DNA of 16,326 nucleotides from Promethearchaeota archaeon (GTDB lineage: Archaea; Asgardarchaeota; Lokiarchaeia; Sigyniarchaeales; SOKP01): positions 1 through 16,326 of the forward strand of contig JBHLME010000102.1 in NCBI GenBank assembly GCA_048938445.1, given 5' to 3'. How positions within the stretch are numbered: the stretch's first letter is position 1; every line of letters begins with the position of its first letter. Position numbers and translations under genes: made by a program. Under the pieces are notes generated by a model, which was given only the letters and a program-made list of their open reading frames with translations, was not told the DNA's origin and ran no database searches. Of the stretch, positions 8,376-16,190 are shown piece by piece.

Positions 8376-8927
8376 CTAAGAAGACCAAAAAAGAATGAAT
8401 TCGGTTGAATCGTCTCCTTCCCAAGATTTTTTTATAATTTTATACTCAATCTTTTTACCAATACATAATTCCATGAAACGGAGAACCCATCCTATTGCTA
8501 TGTAATAAACATCTTGCCAATCTTTTTGAAAATTTTCATAAATGATCTTTATTTGGTTATCTGATGTTAATTTTGCTTTGAACTCGCCCCAATTGAAGAC
8601 TAATGGATGAAAACGCTGGTATTTATCTAAAAGTATTTCGATATCTCTATCAACCATGGTATTTTTATAAATTGACGTCATTAAAGCTTCGCCAAAACGT
8701 TTACCCCATTCAACAAGGATTTTAGGATTGTTTTTACCATCAACTTTAACGACGGCATCATGAATGTTTCTATATACCTCATATGGATACCAAATTGAAT
8801 CAAGTATTCTTTGTTCTGTTATTCTTTTAGCCTCATCTGAAAGCAGGGTATCATAGATTCCACTTTTATTTGCTCTCACTGCCTTTACCATTAATTTAAA
8901 TAATGATCCTTTTACTTTTTTCTCCAA
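8376..8927 (-). CDS. H-NOX/V4R-fold-like protein, array copy 4
   Basis: 183 aa; TTG start preceded by GGGGA; most similar to copy 3. Confidence 0.85.
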   Translation of the reverse strand: MEKKVKGSLFKLMVKAVRANKSGIYDTLLSDEAKRITEQRILDSIWYPYEVYRNIHDAVVKVDGKNNPKILVEWGKRFGEALMTSIYKNTMVDRDIEILLDKYQRFHPLVFNWGEFKAKLTSDNQIKIIYENFQKDWQDVYYIAIGWVLRFMELCIGKKIEYKIIKKSWEGDDSTEFILFWSS

Positions 8928-8991
8928 TAAAAATCCCCTATGATTATATGTTGATGAAAAGAAAAAATCTATTATAATAATGAAAATTTAA

Positions 8992-9006
8992 CTATAAATA
9001 TTTTTC
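8992..9006 (-). promoter_or_regulatory. BRE/TATA-like element upstream of copy 4
   Basis: Minus-strand GAAAAA-TATTTATAG, 65 nt from the start codon. Confidence 0.55.
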
Positions 9007-9077
9007 ATATTTACAAAGCAATTCATATTAATAAGGATTAGAAATTCCTATAAAAAAAAAATAGTCTTTTATAAAAT

Positions 9078-9629
9078 TCAAGAAGGCCATGAAAGTAAAC
9101 ATTGCGTAATACTTCCACCTTCCCATGATTTATTTAATATCTTAAGAGTCGGTTTTTTATTAATACATAACTCGACAAATTTTTCTAACCAACCAAAGGC
9201 GATATAATACCAATTTTTAAAATCTCGATCTACTCCTTGATAAGTTACTATAAGTTGATTATCGGCAGGAAACTCTACTAGTATTTTACCAAAATTATAT
9301 ACCAGGTTGTGAAAGCGCCGATATTTTTCCATGCTTCTTTTAATATCTCCCTTAACAACAGATAATTTATAAGTTGATGTCATTGCCATTTCACAATATT
9401 GATTACCCCATCGCATCAACGTTTTAGGATTTTCCTTTCCTTCAACTATGCTTAAAGCATTATATAACTCTTTATATAATTCAAAAGGATACCATATGGA
9501 ATCAAGGATTCTCTGAGTGATAAAACTTTTTGCTGCATCCGAAAGAATATCATCATACACTCCACTTTTATTTGCCCGAATAGGTATCACAACTATTTTA
9601 AGGAGTGTACCTTTTACTTGTTTTTTCAA
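9078..9629 (-). CDS. H-NOX/V4R-fold-like protein, array copy 5
   Basis: 183 aa; TTG start preceded by GGGGAG; RFH conserved. Confidence 0.85.
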   Translation of the reverse strand: MKKQVKGTLLKIVVIPIRANKSGVYDDILSDAAKSFITQRILDSIWYPFELYKELYNALSIVEGKENPKTLMRWGNQYCEMAMTSTYKLSVVKGDIKRSMEKYRRFHNLVYNFGKILVEFPADNQLIVTYQGVDRDFKNWYYIAFGWLEKFVELCINKKPTLKILNKSWEGGSITQCLLSWPS

Positions 9630-9691
9630 AATATCTCCCCTGATAATTTATAAAAAAGAAATAAATACTTAAATTAGTATTAAAATTCCAA

Positions 9692-9704
9692 ACATAAATA
9701 TTTT
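9692..9704 (-). promoter_or_regulatory. BRE/TATA-like element upstream of copy 5
   Basis: Minus-strand AAAA-TATTTATGT, 63 nt from the start codon. Confidence 0.5.
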
Positions 9705-9856
9705 AGTTTAAATAGAAAAATTCGTGTCCATATCTCAAAAAGAAATTATGTGTGAATTTTTAAATTTTTTTTTGTTTGAATTGAAATTAAAGAATAAGAT
9801 TATAATAATGTATAAAGATTTAATTCAAATTCATAAAAATGAGGCTATATATATTC

Positions 9857-10405
9857 TTAAGAAGGCCATGAAAGCTTGAATTGTGTTTCATTGTCTCCTT
9901 CCCATGATTTCTTCAATATTTCAAGAGTCAATTTTTTATCAATAACTATTTCAATAAACCTTTCTAACCATCCAAATGCGAGATAATACCAATTTTTAAA
10001 ATCTCGATCGATATCTCTGTAAGTCACTATGAGTTGATTATCGGTAGGAAATTCTATTAAAATTTTACCGAAATTATATGTGAGTGTGTGAAAGCGTTGA
10101 TATTTATCAATGCTTCTTTTAAGATCTCCCTTAACGATTGATAATTTATAAATTGATGTCATTAAGATTTCACCAAAATGCTTACCCCATTCATGTATGA
10201 TTTTTGTATTATCTCTCGCTTCAACCTTGCATAAAGCATTTAAGCATTCTTTATAAACGTCAAATGGATACCATGCGGCATCAAGAATTCTTTGTTTCAA
10301 CATTTCTTTCGCTTTATCTGAAAGAAGATTTTCATATGCCCCATTTTTATTTGCTTTTATTGCCTTTATGGTAAATTTAGCCATTGATCCTTTTACTTGC
10401 TTCAT
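9857..10405 (-). CDS. H-NOX/V4R-fold-like protein, array copy 6
   Basis: 182 aa; ATG start preceded by GGGGAG; RFH conserved. Confidence 0.85.
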   Translation of the reverse strand: MKQVKGSMAKFTIKAIKANKNGAYENLLSDKAKEMLKQRILDAAWYPFDVYKECLNALCKVEARDNTKIIHEWGKHFGEILMTSIYKLSIVKGDLKRSIDKYQRFHTLTYNFGKILIEFPTDNQLIVTYRDIDRDFKNWYYLAFGWLERFIEIVIDKKLTLEILKKSWEGDNETQFKLSWPS

Positions 10406-10480
10406 TTTATATACTCCCCAGTAAATAAAAAATTATAAAAAAACCTATAAGAAAAATAGAAATACAATTGTTAATATTTT

Positions 10481-10489
10481 GTATAAATA
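10481..10489 (-). promoter_or_regulatory. TATA-like box upstream of copy 6
   Basis: Minus-strand TATTTATAC, 76 nt from the start codon. Confidence 0.4.
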
Positions 10490-10515
10490 ATAAAATTTCA
10501 GTTATAAAAATATAT

Positions 10516-11718
10516 TTAGTCTTTATTGGCTTTTGTTTTTTGTATTTCTTTTATGAGAATGGGAATTACCTTGTTTAAATCTCCTACAATACCATAATGA
10601 GCGACTTTAAAAATCGATGCGGCAGGATCCTTATTTATCGCAACTATTATATCCGAGTTCTGCATTCCAACTTGATGTTGTATGGCACCAGAGATACCGC
10701 ATGCAATGTATAACTTGGGTGAAACAGTTTTTCCAGTTTGACCCACCTGCCTATCATGGTCAATCCAATTCAATTCAACCGCTACTCTTGATCCCCCTAT
10801 TTCAGCACCTAATACATTTGCTAACTCTTCGATGGTCTTGAAATTCTCTTTACTTCCTACGCCTCGTCCACCAGAGACAATGATTTCTGCATCTTCAAGG
10901 TTTACAGAAACCTTTTGTTTAGATATAACCTTAACAATCTTGGTGATGGAATCATTCTTACTATAGTCTCGTTCTATCGTGTTAATTTTAACATCTTTTT
11001 GCTTCTTTTTAAGAGATTTAAAAATACCTGGTCTCACGGTTGCCATTTGAGGTCTACTCGTGGGAGTCCTTATTGTCGCCATGATATTACCCCCAAAAGT
11101 AGGTCTTGTCTGTCGTAAATTTCCCGTCTCATCTTCAATATCTAAACCCGTACAATCTGCAGTTAATCCAGCATTCAACCTCTTTGCCACTCTCGGAGCA
11201 AAATCGCGACCAGTTGGAGTTGCTCCTATTAAAACAATTTCAGGTTTATATTCTTCTATTAATTCTGTTAAAATACTTACATATAAATCAGAATAGTAAT
11301 CTTTTAAAACATCAGATTTTACATATATTATCTCATCTTCTCCAAATTGGCTAAGATCTTCTAATTGATCGGTAAAATTTGCGCCTAATACCACTAAAGT
11401 CAAGTTTACTTTCAATCTATCAGCTAATTGTCTCCCTTTTCCTAGAAGTTGGTAAGCTACAGGATGTATCTCATTTTTATAATGTTCTGCAATTACCCAA
11501 ACACCTTTATATTGAGTAATATCAATTTTTTTTGCTTTAAATTCCTCACGTTCTAAAATGATTGCATCAACAGGGCACGAGTCAACGCAAGCACCACAGA
11601 GGTTGCAAGTATCTTGAATGCAAGCCTTTCCATCTATAACTTCAATTCCTCCATAAGGGCAATTTACTACACAGCTTTCACATCCTGTGCATAATTCATC
11701 TTCAATTCTTATACTCAT
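10516..11718 (-). CDS. etfA: Electron transfer flavoprotein alpha subunit with N-terminal 2x[4Fe-4S] ferredoxin domain
   Basis: CTGCESCVVNCP and CNLCGACVDSCP, then GLTADCT, TRPTFGGN, VSGGRG, RQVGQTGKTVSPKLYIACGISGAIQH and AINKD. Confidence 0.95.
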   Translation of the reverse strand: MSIRIEDELCTGCESCVVNCPYGGIEVIDGKACIQDTCNLCGACVDSCPVDAIILEREEFKAKKIDITQYKGVWVIAEHYKNEIHPVAYQLLGKGRQLADRLKVNLTLVVLGANFTDQLEDLSQFGEDEIIYVKSDVLKDYYSDLYVSILTELIEEYKPEIVLIGATPTGRDFAPRVAKRLNAGLTADCTGLDIEDETGNLRQTRPTFGGNIMATIRTPTSRPQMATVRPGIFKSLKKKQKDVKINTIERDYSKNDSITKIVKVISKQKVSVNLEDAEIIVSGGRGVGSKENFKTIEELANVLGAEIGGSRVAVELNWIDHDRQVGQTGKTVSPKLYIACGISGAIQHQVGMQNSDIIVAINKDPAASIFKVAHYGIVGDLNKVIPILIKEIQKTKANKD

Positions 11719-11730
11719 TCATATTTCACC

Positions 11731-12537
11731 TCAGATTAACTTGTCTTCTTTCAAATATTCGCATAATTTTTCTACTTGTTGCTCTATTTTCCCTTCTAAA
11801 ATAATGTGTTCTCCTTTTCTTTTTGGAACAAAAATCTTCCATACTTCAGTCATCGATCCTGATAAACCAATATTTTCTTTTTTAGCACCTAAAGAGATAG
11901 AATTTAAATGCATTACTTCTTTTTTAGAGTAAGCATTTTCAATATCTTTCAATGTAGGATATCTAGGATGATTTATTTCTTTTAATACAGAAATTAGTGC
12001 TGGTAATTTAGTTTCAATTACTACTGTTTCATCTTGTCGGAAAGCTCTCTCAATAATTACTTTATTCCCCTTGATTTCAAACTTCAAGACGTAAGTTATT
12101 TGTGGGATATCCAGCTCTTCAGCCATTTCCGGACCCACTTGGGCAGTATCTCCATCTATGGCTTGGACACCACAGATGACGAGGTATTTATCTTTATTAC
12201 CAGTGTCTTTTAAAATCTTTTTTACAGCTAATGCTAAAGTATAAGATGTTGCAAGAGTGTCTGCTCCCGCAAATGCCCTATCCGTAAGCAGATATGCCTT
12301 GTCTGCACCCATTGCTAGTGCTTCTCTTAATACTTCTTCTGCTTGAGGGGGGCCCATGCTGAGAGCAATTATCTCTCCATTATAATTTTCTTTTAAAGTT
12401 AAAGCTAACTCCACGGCGTGCTTGTCATGGGGATTCATGATGGAAGGTATTCCTTCTCGTATTAAAGTATTAGTCTTTGGATCAATCTTCACCTCAGAAA
12501 TTCCAGGAACTTGCTTAATACAAACAAATATTTTCAT
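11731..12537 (-). CDS. etfB: Electron transfer flavoprotein beta subunit
   Basis: VCIKQVP, LSMGPP, ALAMGAD, DRAFAGADTLATS, CGVQAIDGDTAQVGP. Confidence 0.95.
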   Translation of the reverse strand: MKIFVCIKQVPGISEVKIDPKTNTLIREGIPSIMNPHDKHAVELALTLKENYNGEIIALSMGPPQAEEVLREALAMGADKAYLLTDRAFAGADTLATSYTLALAVKKILKDTGNKDKYLVICGVQAIDGDTAQVGPEMAEELDIPQITYVLKFEIKGNKVIIERAFRQDETVVIETKLPALISVLKEINHPRYPTLKDIENAYSKKEVMHLNSISLGAKKENIGLSGSMTEVWKIFVPKRKGEHIILEGKIEQQVEKLCEYLKEDKLI

Positions 12538-12540
12538 ATT

Positions 12541-13698
12541 TTATACCTCCGGAAATTGCCCTCTTAATAAATGGTTCGCGATTACCATTCTTTGGATCTC
12601 TGAAGTTCCCTCATAAATTTCTCCCATTTTTGCGTCCCGAAAATATCTTTCGACAGCATACGCTTTCATTAAACCATATCCTCCATGAATTTGAACTGCT
12701 GAATGGGTTGCTTTCATTGCGGCTTCAGAAGCCTTGAGTTTAGCCATTGATCCTACTAAACCATAAGGGATTCCTTGATCGCACATCCAAGCTGCTTTAT
12801 ACGTTAATAAACGACCAGTCTCTACATCTACACCCATATCTGCCAATTTCCATTGAATTCCTTGGAAACGGCTAATAGGTTGGTTAAATTGCACTCTCTC
12901 TTTAGAATATTTTATAGAGGCCTCTAATGCTGCTTGACCTAAACCAACACATTGAGCTGCCATTAAAATTCTTCCATAATCTAGTACTTTAAGTCCAAGT
13001 TTAAATCCATCTCCAACTTTCCCTAAAACATTATTTTCTGGAATTCTGACATTATCAAAAACGAGTTCACACGTGCTAGATGCTCGAACACCAAGTTTAT
13101 CTTCTTTTACTCCCACAGAATAACCCGGGGTATCCGTGTCAACAATGAATAATGTCAATTGTTTTCTCTTTCCCACTTCACTAGTATTTGCGACAACAAG
13201 AAGGGTATTAGCAATTCCTCCGTTTGTAGCAAAAATCTTACTACCATTCAAAACCCATTCATCTCCATCTAGATATGCATTAGTTTCAACGCCTCCCGCA
13301 TCCGAACCTGCATTAGCTTCTGTCAAGCAGAAAGCACCTATTTTATCACCTTTAGCAACATCGATCAGAAATTTTTTTCTCTGGTCTTCTGTACCATATT
13401 TATATATGGGATAAGCACAGACACTTGCATGGACAGCAAAAGTGATTGACCAGGAAGCGTCTATTCGCCCAATCTCTTCAGTAGCAATCGCAAAACCTAA
13501 GGTATCTAATCCCGCTCCTCCATATTCTTGTGGTATGCTAGCTCCAAAGTAATTCATCCTTTTCAATTCTTCCATTACTTTTGGGTCTAGTTGCGAGTTT
13601 TGATCACTTTCTTCGGCGACAGGCTCTATAAACTCTTCTGCAAATTCACGAGTAATTTTTCTTACCATTTTATGCTTTTCTGTTAATGAGAAATCCAT
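12541..13698 (-). CDS. bcd: Short-chain acyl-CoA dehydrogenase (butyryl-CoA dehydrogenase-like)
   Basis: AFCLTEANAGSD, LNGSKIFATNG, EDKLGVRAS, RVQFNQPI, QIHGGYG, YFRDAK and EIYEGTSEIQR (catalytic Glu). Exact substrate uncertain. Confidence 0.9.
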   Translation of the reverse strand: MDFSLTEKHKMVRKITREFAEEFIEPVAEESDQNSQLDPKVMEELKRMNYFGASIPQEYGGAGLDTLGFAIATEEIGRIDASWSITFAVHASVCAYPIYKYGTEDQRKKFLIDVAKGDKIGAFCLTEANAGSDAGGVETNAYLDGDEWVLNGSKIFATNGGIANTLLVVANTSEVGKRKQLTLFIVDTDTPGYSVGVKEDKLGVRASSTCELVFDNVRIPENNVLGKVGDGFKLGLKVLDYGRILMAAQCVGLGQAALEASIKYSKERVQFNQPISRFQGIQWKLADMGVDVETGRLLTYKAAWMCDQGIPYGLVGSMAKLKASEAAMKATHSAVQIHGGYGLMKAYAVERYFRDAKMGEIYEGTSEIQRMVIANHLLRGQFPEV

Positions 13699-14157
13699 CT
13701 ATTATCACGAATTTAGTAATTTTACTTTAATTAGGTAAGAAAAGAGAGTAAAAAATTAAAAATTTTGTGAATGAATTACATAAGGATATTCTTATTGATA
13801 ATAATAAAATAACTAGTGAGTTTAATCAATAAATATAACAATAAAAATGAAAAAATGAAAAATATTTACCACTCAGCTGAATGACTTCATATTTAATATG
13901 GTTTTACAGCAGAACTATAATTATTCATTATTTTATATGGTTTTTAAAAGTACTTTAACATTGCAGTTAATGATTATTATTTTTTTATATCATATTTTAT
14001 GAATAAATATAAATTAGTTTTTTTTTATATTGTTTTTATAATAATATATTTAATCAAATTTCTTGGTCAAATATTTTGATCAGATTTTTTTTAAGAAAAA
14101 GTATCAAGTTTTATGATCTATTTGAAAAAAAAATAAAAAAATAAAAGATGGTCATTA

Positions 14158-14577
14158 TTGTCGAAAGATGGAATATTAAATAAATTGAATAATTTGGTTG
14201 GTGAATTTACAGATTCGCAAAGCGATGTTCAAGGACAAATCGTCATAGCTTTTCCTGCAGGAGTTCCAATTGCGAATACTTGGAAGGGAGAATTGGATCC
14301 CGTTTTAATTGGTGCTGTTTCTGCTGCAGTTAACCTCACTTTTCAAAATTTATGCATGAATTTAAAAAAAGGACTCATAAAAAAAATATTTGTAAATAGT
14401 GAATTGGGGAGAGTTATTATTCAGAAAATAGGAGAACGTGCAATATTAACAACTATTATTGCTGAAGAAGCAGATGTATTCCGCATTTCTTTTGGTATTA
14501 GCAGTTTATCAATTAAAATAAATGATCTATTAAAATCATTTAAAGGGAGTCTTGATGATCTTTTGTTTACGATTTAA
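14158..14577 (+). CDS. Roadblock/LC7 (MglB/LAMTOR-like) domain protein
   Basis: 139 aa; helix, beta-hairpin (GQIVIAFPAGVPIA), helix (IGAVSAA), three strands (IFVNSELGRVII...AILTTI), helix. TTG start. Confidence 0.85.
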   Translation: MSKDGILNKLNNLVGEFTDSQSDVQGQIVIAFPAGVPIANTWKGELDPVLIGAVSAAVNLTFQNLCMNLKKGLIKKIFVNSELGRVIIQKIGERAILTTIIAEEADVFRISFGISSLSIKINDLLKSFKGSLDDLLFTI

Positions 14578-14597
14578 TAGGATGGTGAATTGAGAGA

Positions 14598-15569
14598 ATG
14601 TCAGATAATATAAATCTAATGGAATATTTACATGAAATTGAAGATACTACTGATTTGAATGGATGTTTTTTTATAAATGTTGAAAGTTATAAAGTAATCG
14701 AATCAACAATTCCTTTTGCTGTTCCAGAAGAGATTTTATGGGAATTAAGTGTATTAAGAGACACATTCCAGCAGTTTGGAAAGGGATTCCAACATGGTAA
14801 TCTCCAAGAATTAATGATAGAAGGAGATAGAGGATACATCTTATTTTACAATGTTCCACCTCATTTGATTTTATTAGCAATGGGAAAAGATGATATAAAT
14901 TTAGCATATGTAAAACTAGCAATGATAGATGTCTTGAAAAACATAAGAGATGAGATCAGAGCTCTTGGAGATAAAGTATTAACCATACCTGCTAAAGGAT
15001 TCGGAAAAATTGGCATCGAGGTAGAACCCATCAAACCAATCTCTGCTTCTGAATCTACAATATCTGAACCTATTCCAGTTGAACAACCCATTTCTGAACC
15101 TGAGGCTATTAAAACAACCATACCTGAAATGGAAGTGAAAGAAATCTCTATTTCTGAACCAGAAACATTGGAGGCACCTCCTTCTGAACCAGTGATTGAA
15201 AGAGCTACGAGTCTTGTACCTGTTGAAACAACTACTACATTACCCGCTTCTGAAGCTGAAGAAATACCAAATTTATCGGATCTTATTAATTCAATAAAAC
15301 AAGCTTCTGATGAAGAAAAATTTACAATTTTAAATGTAGCATTTAATAGGCTAAAAGAAGAAATCGTTAATTTAACAGGAGTAAAAGTTGCAGAAATTCT
15401 TGAACAATTAAAAGATGCGATATTGGAAAGAATTGGAACATCATTAGCCTTATTTGATATTTCAAGAACTTCTCGTGAGGTAAACAAAAATCATAGTACA
15501 CTCCAACCAAATGAAATTGAGAAATATAAAGATAGAATTCAAAATTGGGCAACAAGAATTATAAAATAA
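14598..15569 (+). CDS. Roadblock/LC7-domain protein with Pro/Glu/Ser-rich linker and helical C-terminal domain
   Basis: N-terminal ~125 aa contain GNLQELMIEGDRGYILFYNV...INLAYVKLAM (Roadblock pattern), followed by a SEP-rich linker and a ~95-aa helical tail. Confidence 0.8.
   Translation: MSDNINLMEYLHEIEDTTDLNGCFFINVESYKVIESTIPFAVPEEILWELSVLRDTFQQFGKGFQHGNLQELMIEGDRGYILFYNVPPHLILLAMGKDDINLAYVKLAMIDVLKNIRDEIRALGDKVLTIPAKGFGKIGIEVEPIKPISASESTISEPIPVEQPISEPEAIKTTIPEMEVKEISISEPETLEAPPSEPVIERATSLVPVETTTTLPASEAEEIPNLSDLINSIKQASDEEKFTILNVAFNRLKEEIVNLTGVKVAEILEQLKDAILERIGTSLALFDISRTSREVNKNHSTLQPNEIEKYKDRIQNWATRIIK
15036..15265 (+). repeat. Degenerate TCTGAA(CC) / (I)SEP repeats encoding a low-complexity linker
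   Basis: tctgaa recurs six times (ASES, ISEP x3, PSEP, ASEA) with irregular spacing. Confidence 0.6.
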
Positions 15570-15583
15570 TGGGTGATAAATAG

Positions 15584-16138
15584 TTGAGCATAACATTATA
15601 TAAAATTGAGGGTCGGGAAATAATTCCAACAGAAGAGACTGAATTCAAGGAGGATAGTATCTATATTATAATCGATAAGAGTAGAAAAAAAGGAAAGATT
15701 TGGATATGGAGTGGATCTGAGGCAAAAAGCATGGATCGCTATTTTGCGGGAGTATCCGCAACAAAAATAAAATCGAATAAGAGATTATATGGTGCAAGCA
15801 TTGAAGTGGTTGAGGGTGGAAATGAACCTGATTATTTTCCAGATCTGAAAAATGTTGCGATAAAAGAGGCTACAGAAGAGAAAATTAAGTTTGAAAAAAT
15901 AATTGTTCCCGTTTCAGAACAAGAGGAAATAAAACTAATTAAAGCTAAAAGCAAAGGTTCAGCACCTCAAGTAAAATCTAAACAAGCCCCTGTACAAGAG
16001 GTATCTAAAGAAGAAATAAGCAAAGAAAAAGAATCAAAATTATTGTTAAAACAAAATATTACTTCTTTGCTAAAAGAAATCTCCTTAGACATGGAGAAAA
16101 TTCAAAATAAAATACAATCATTTTTAAATAATTTATAG
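15584..16138 (+). CDS. Single gelsolin/villin-domain protein with C-terminal coiled-coil-like tail (Asgard gelsolin-like)
   Basis: DSIYIIID...KIWIWSGSEA...RYFAGVSATKI...IEVVEGGNEPDYF matches the gelsolin repeat pattern (D.FILD, IFVW.G, V.QG.EP..F). The tail ITSLLKEISLDMEKIQNKIQSFL is heptad-like. TTG start after GGGTGA. Confidence 0.85.
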   Translation: MSITLYKIEGREIIPTEETEFKEDSIYIIIDKSRKKGKIWIWSGSEAKSMDRYFAGVSATKIKSNKRLYGASIEVVEGGNEPDYFPDLKNVAIKEATEEKIKFEKIIVPVSEQEEIKLIKAKSKGSAPQVKSKQAPVQEVSKEEISKEKESKLLLKQNITSLLKEISLDMEKIQNKIQSFLNNL

Positions 16139-16190
16139 AAATGGATGGTAAAATGTTATTAACAAATCATAATATGGATGTGAGAAATAA

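Noticed and set aside
5874-10405. Array as integron cassettes, DGR targets or an assembly artefact
   Set aside because: No attC-like sites, integrase or reverse transcriptase seen; differences are not adenine-specific; the copies are too diverged to be collapsed or duplicated reads.
10617-13414. Several 64-92 aa plus-strand ORFs
   Set aside because: All lie antisense inside well-conserved etfA, etfB or bcd.
14861-15487. 208-aa minus-strand ORF
   Set aside because: Antisense mirror of the low-complexity Roadblock linker gene; Ser/Ile-rich with no motifs.
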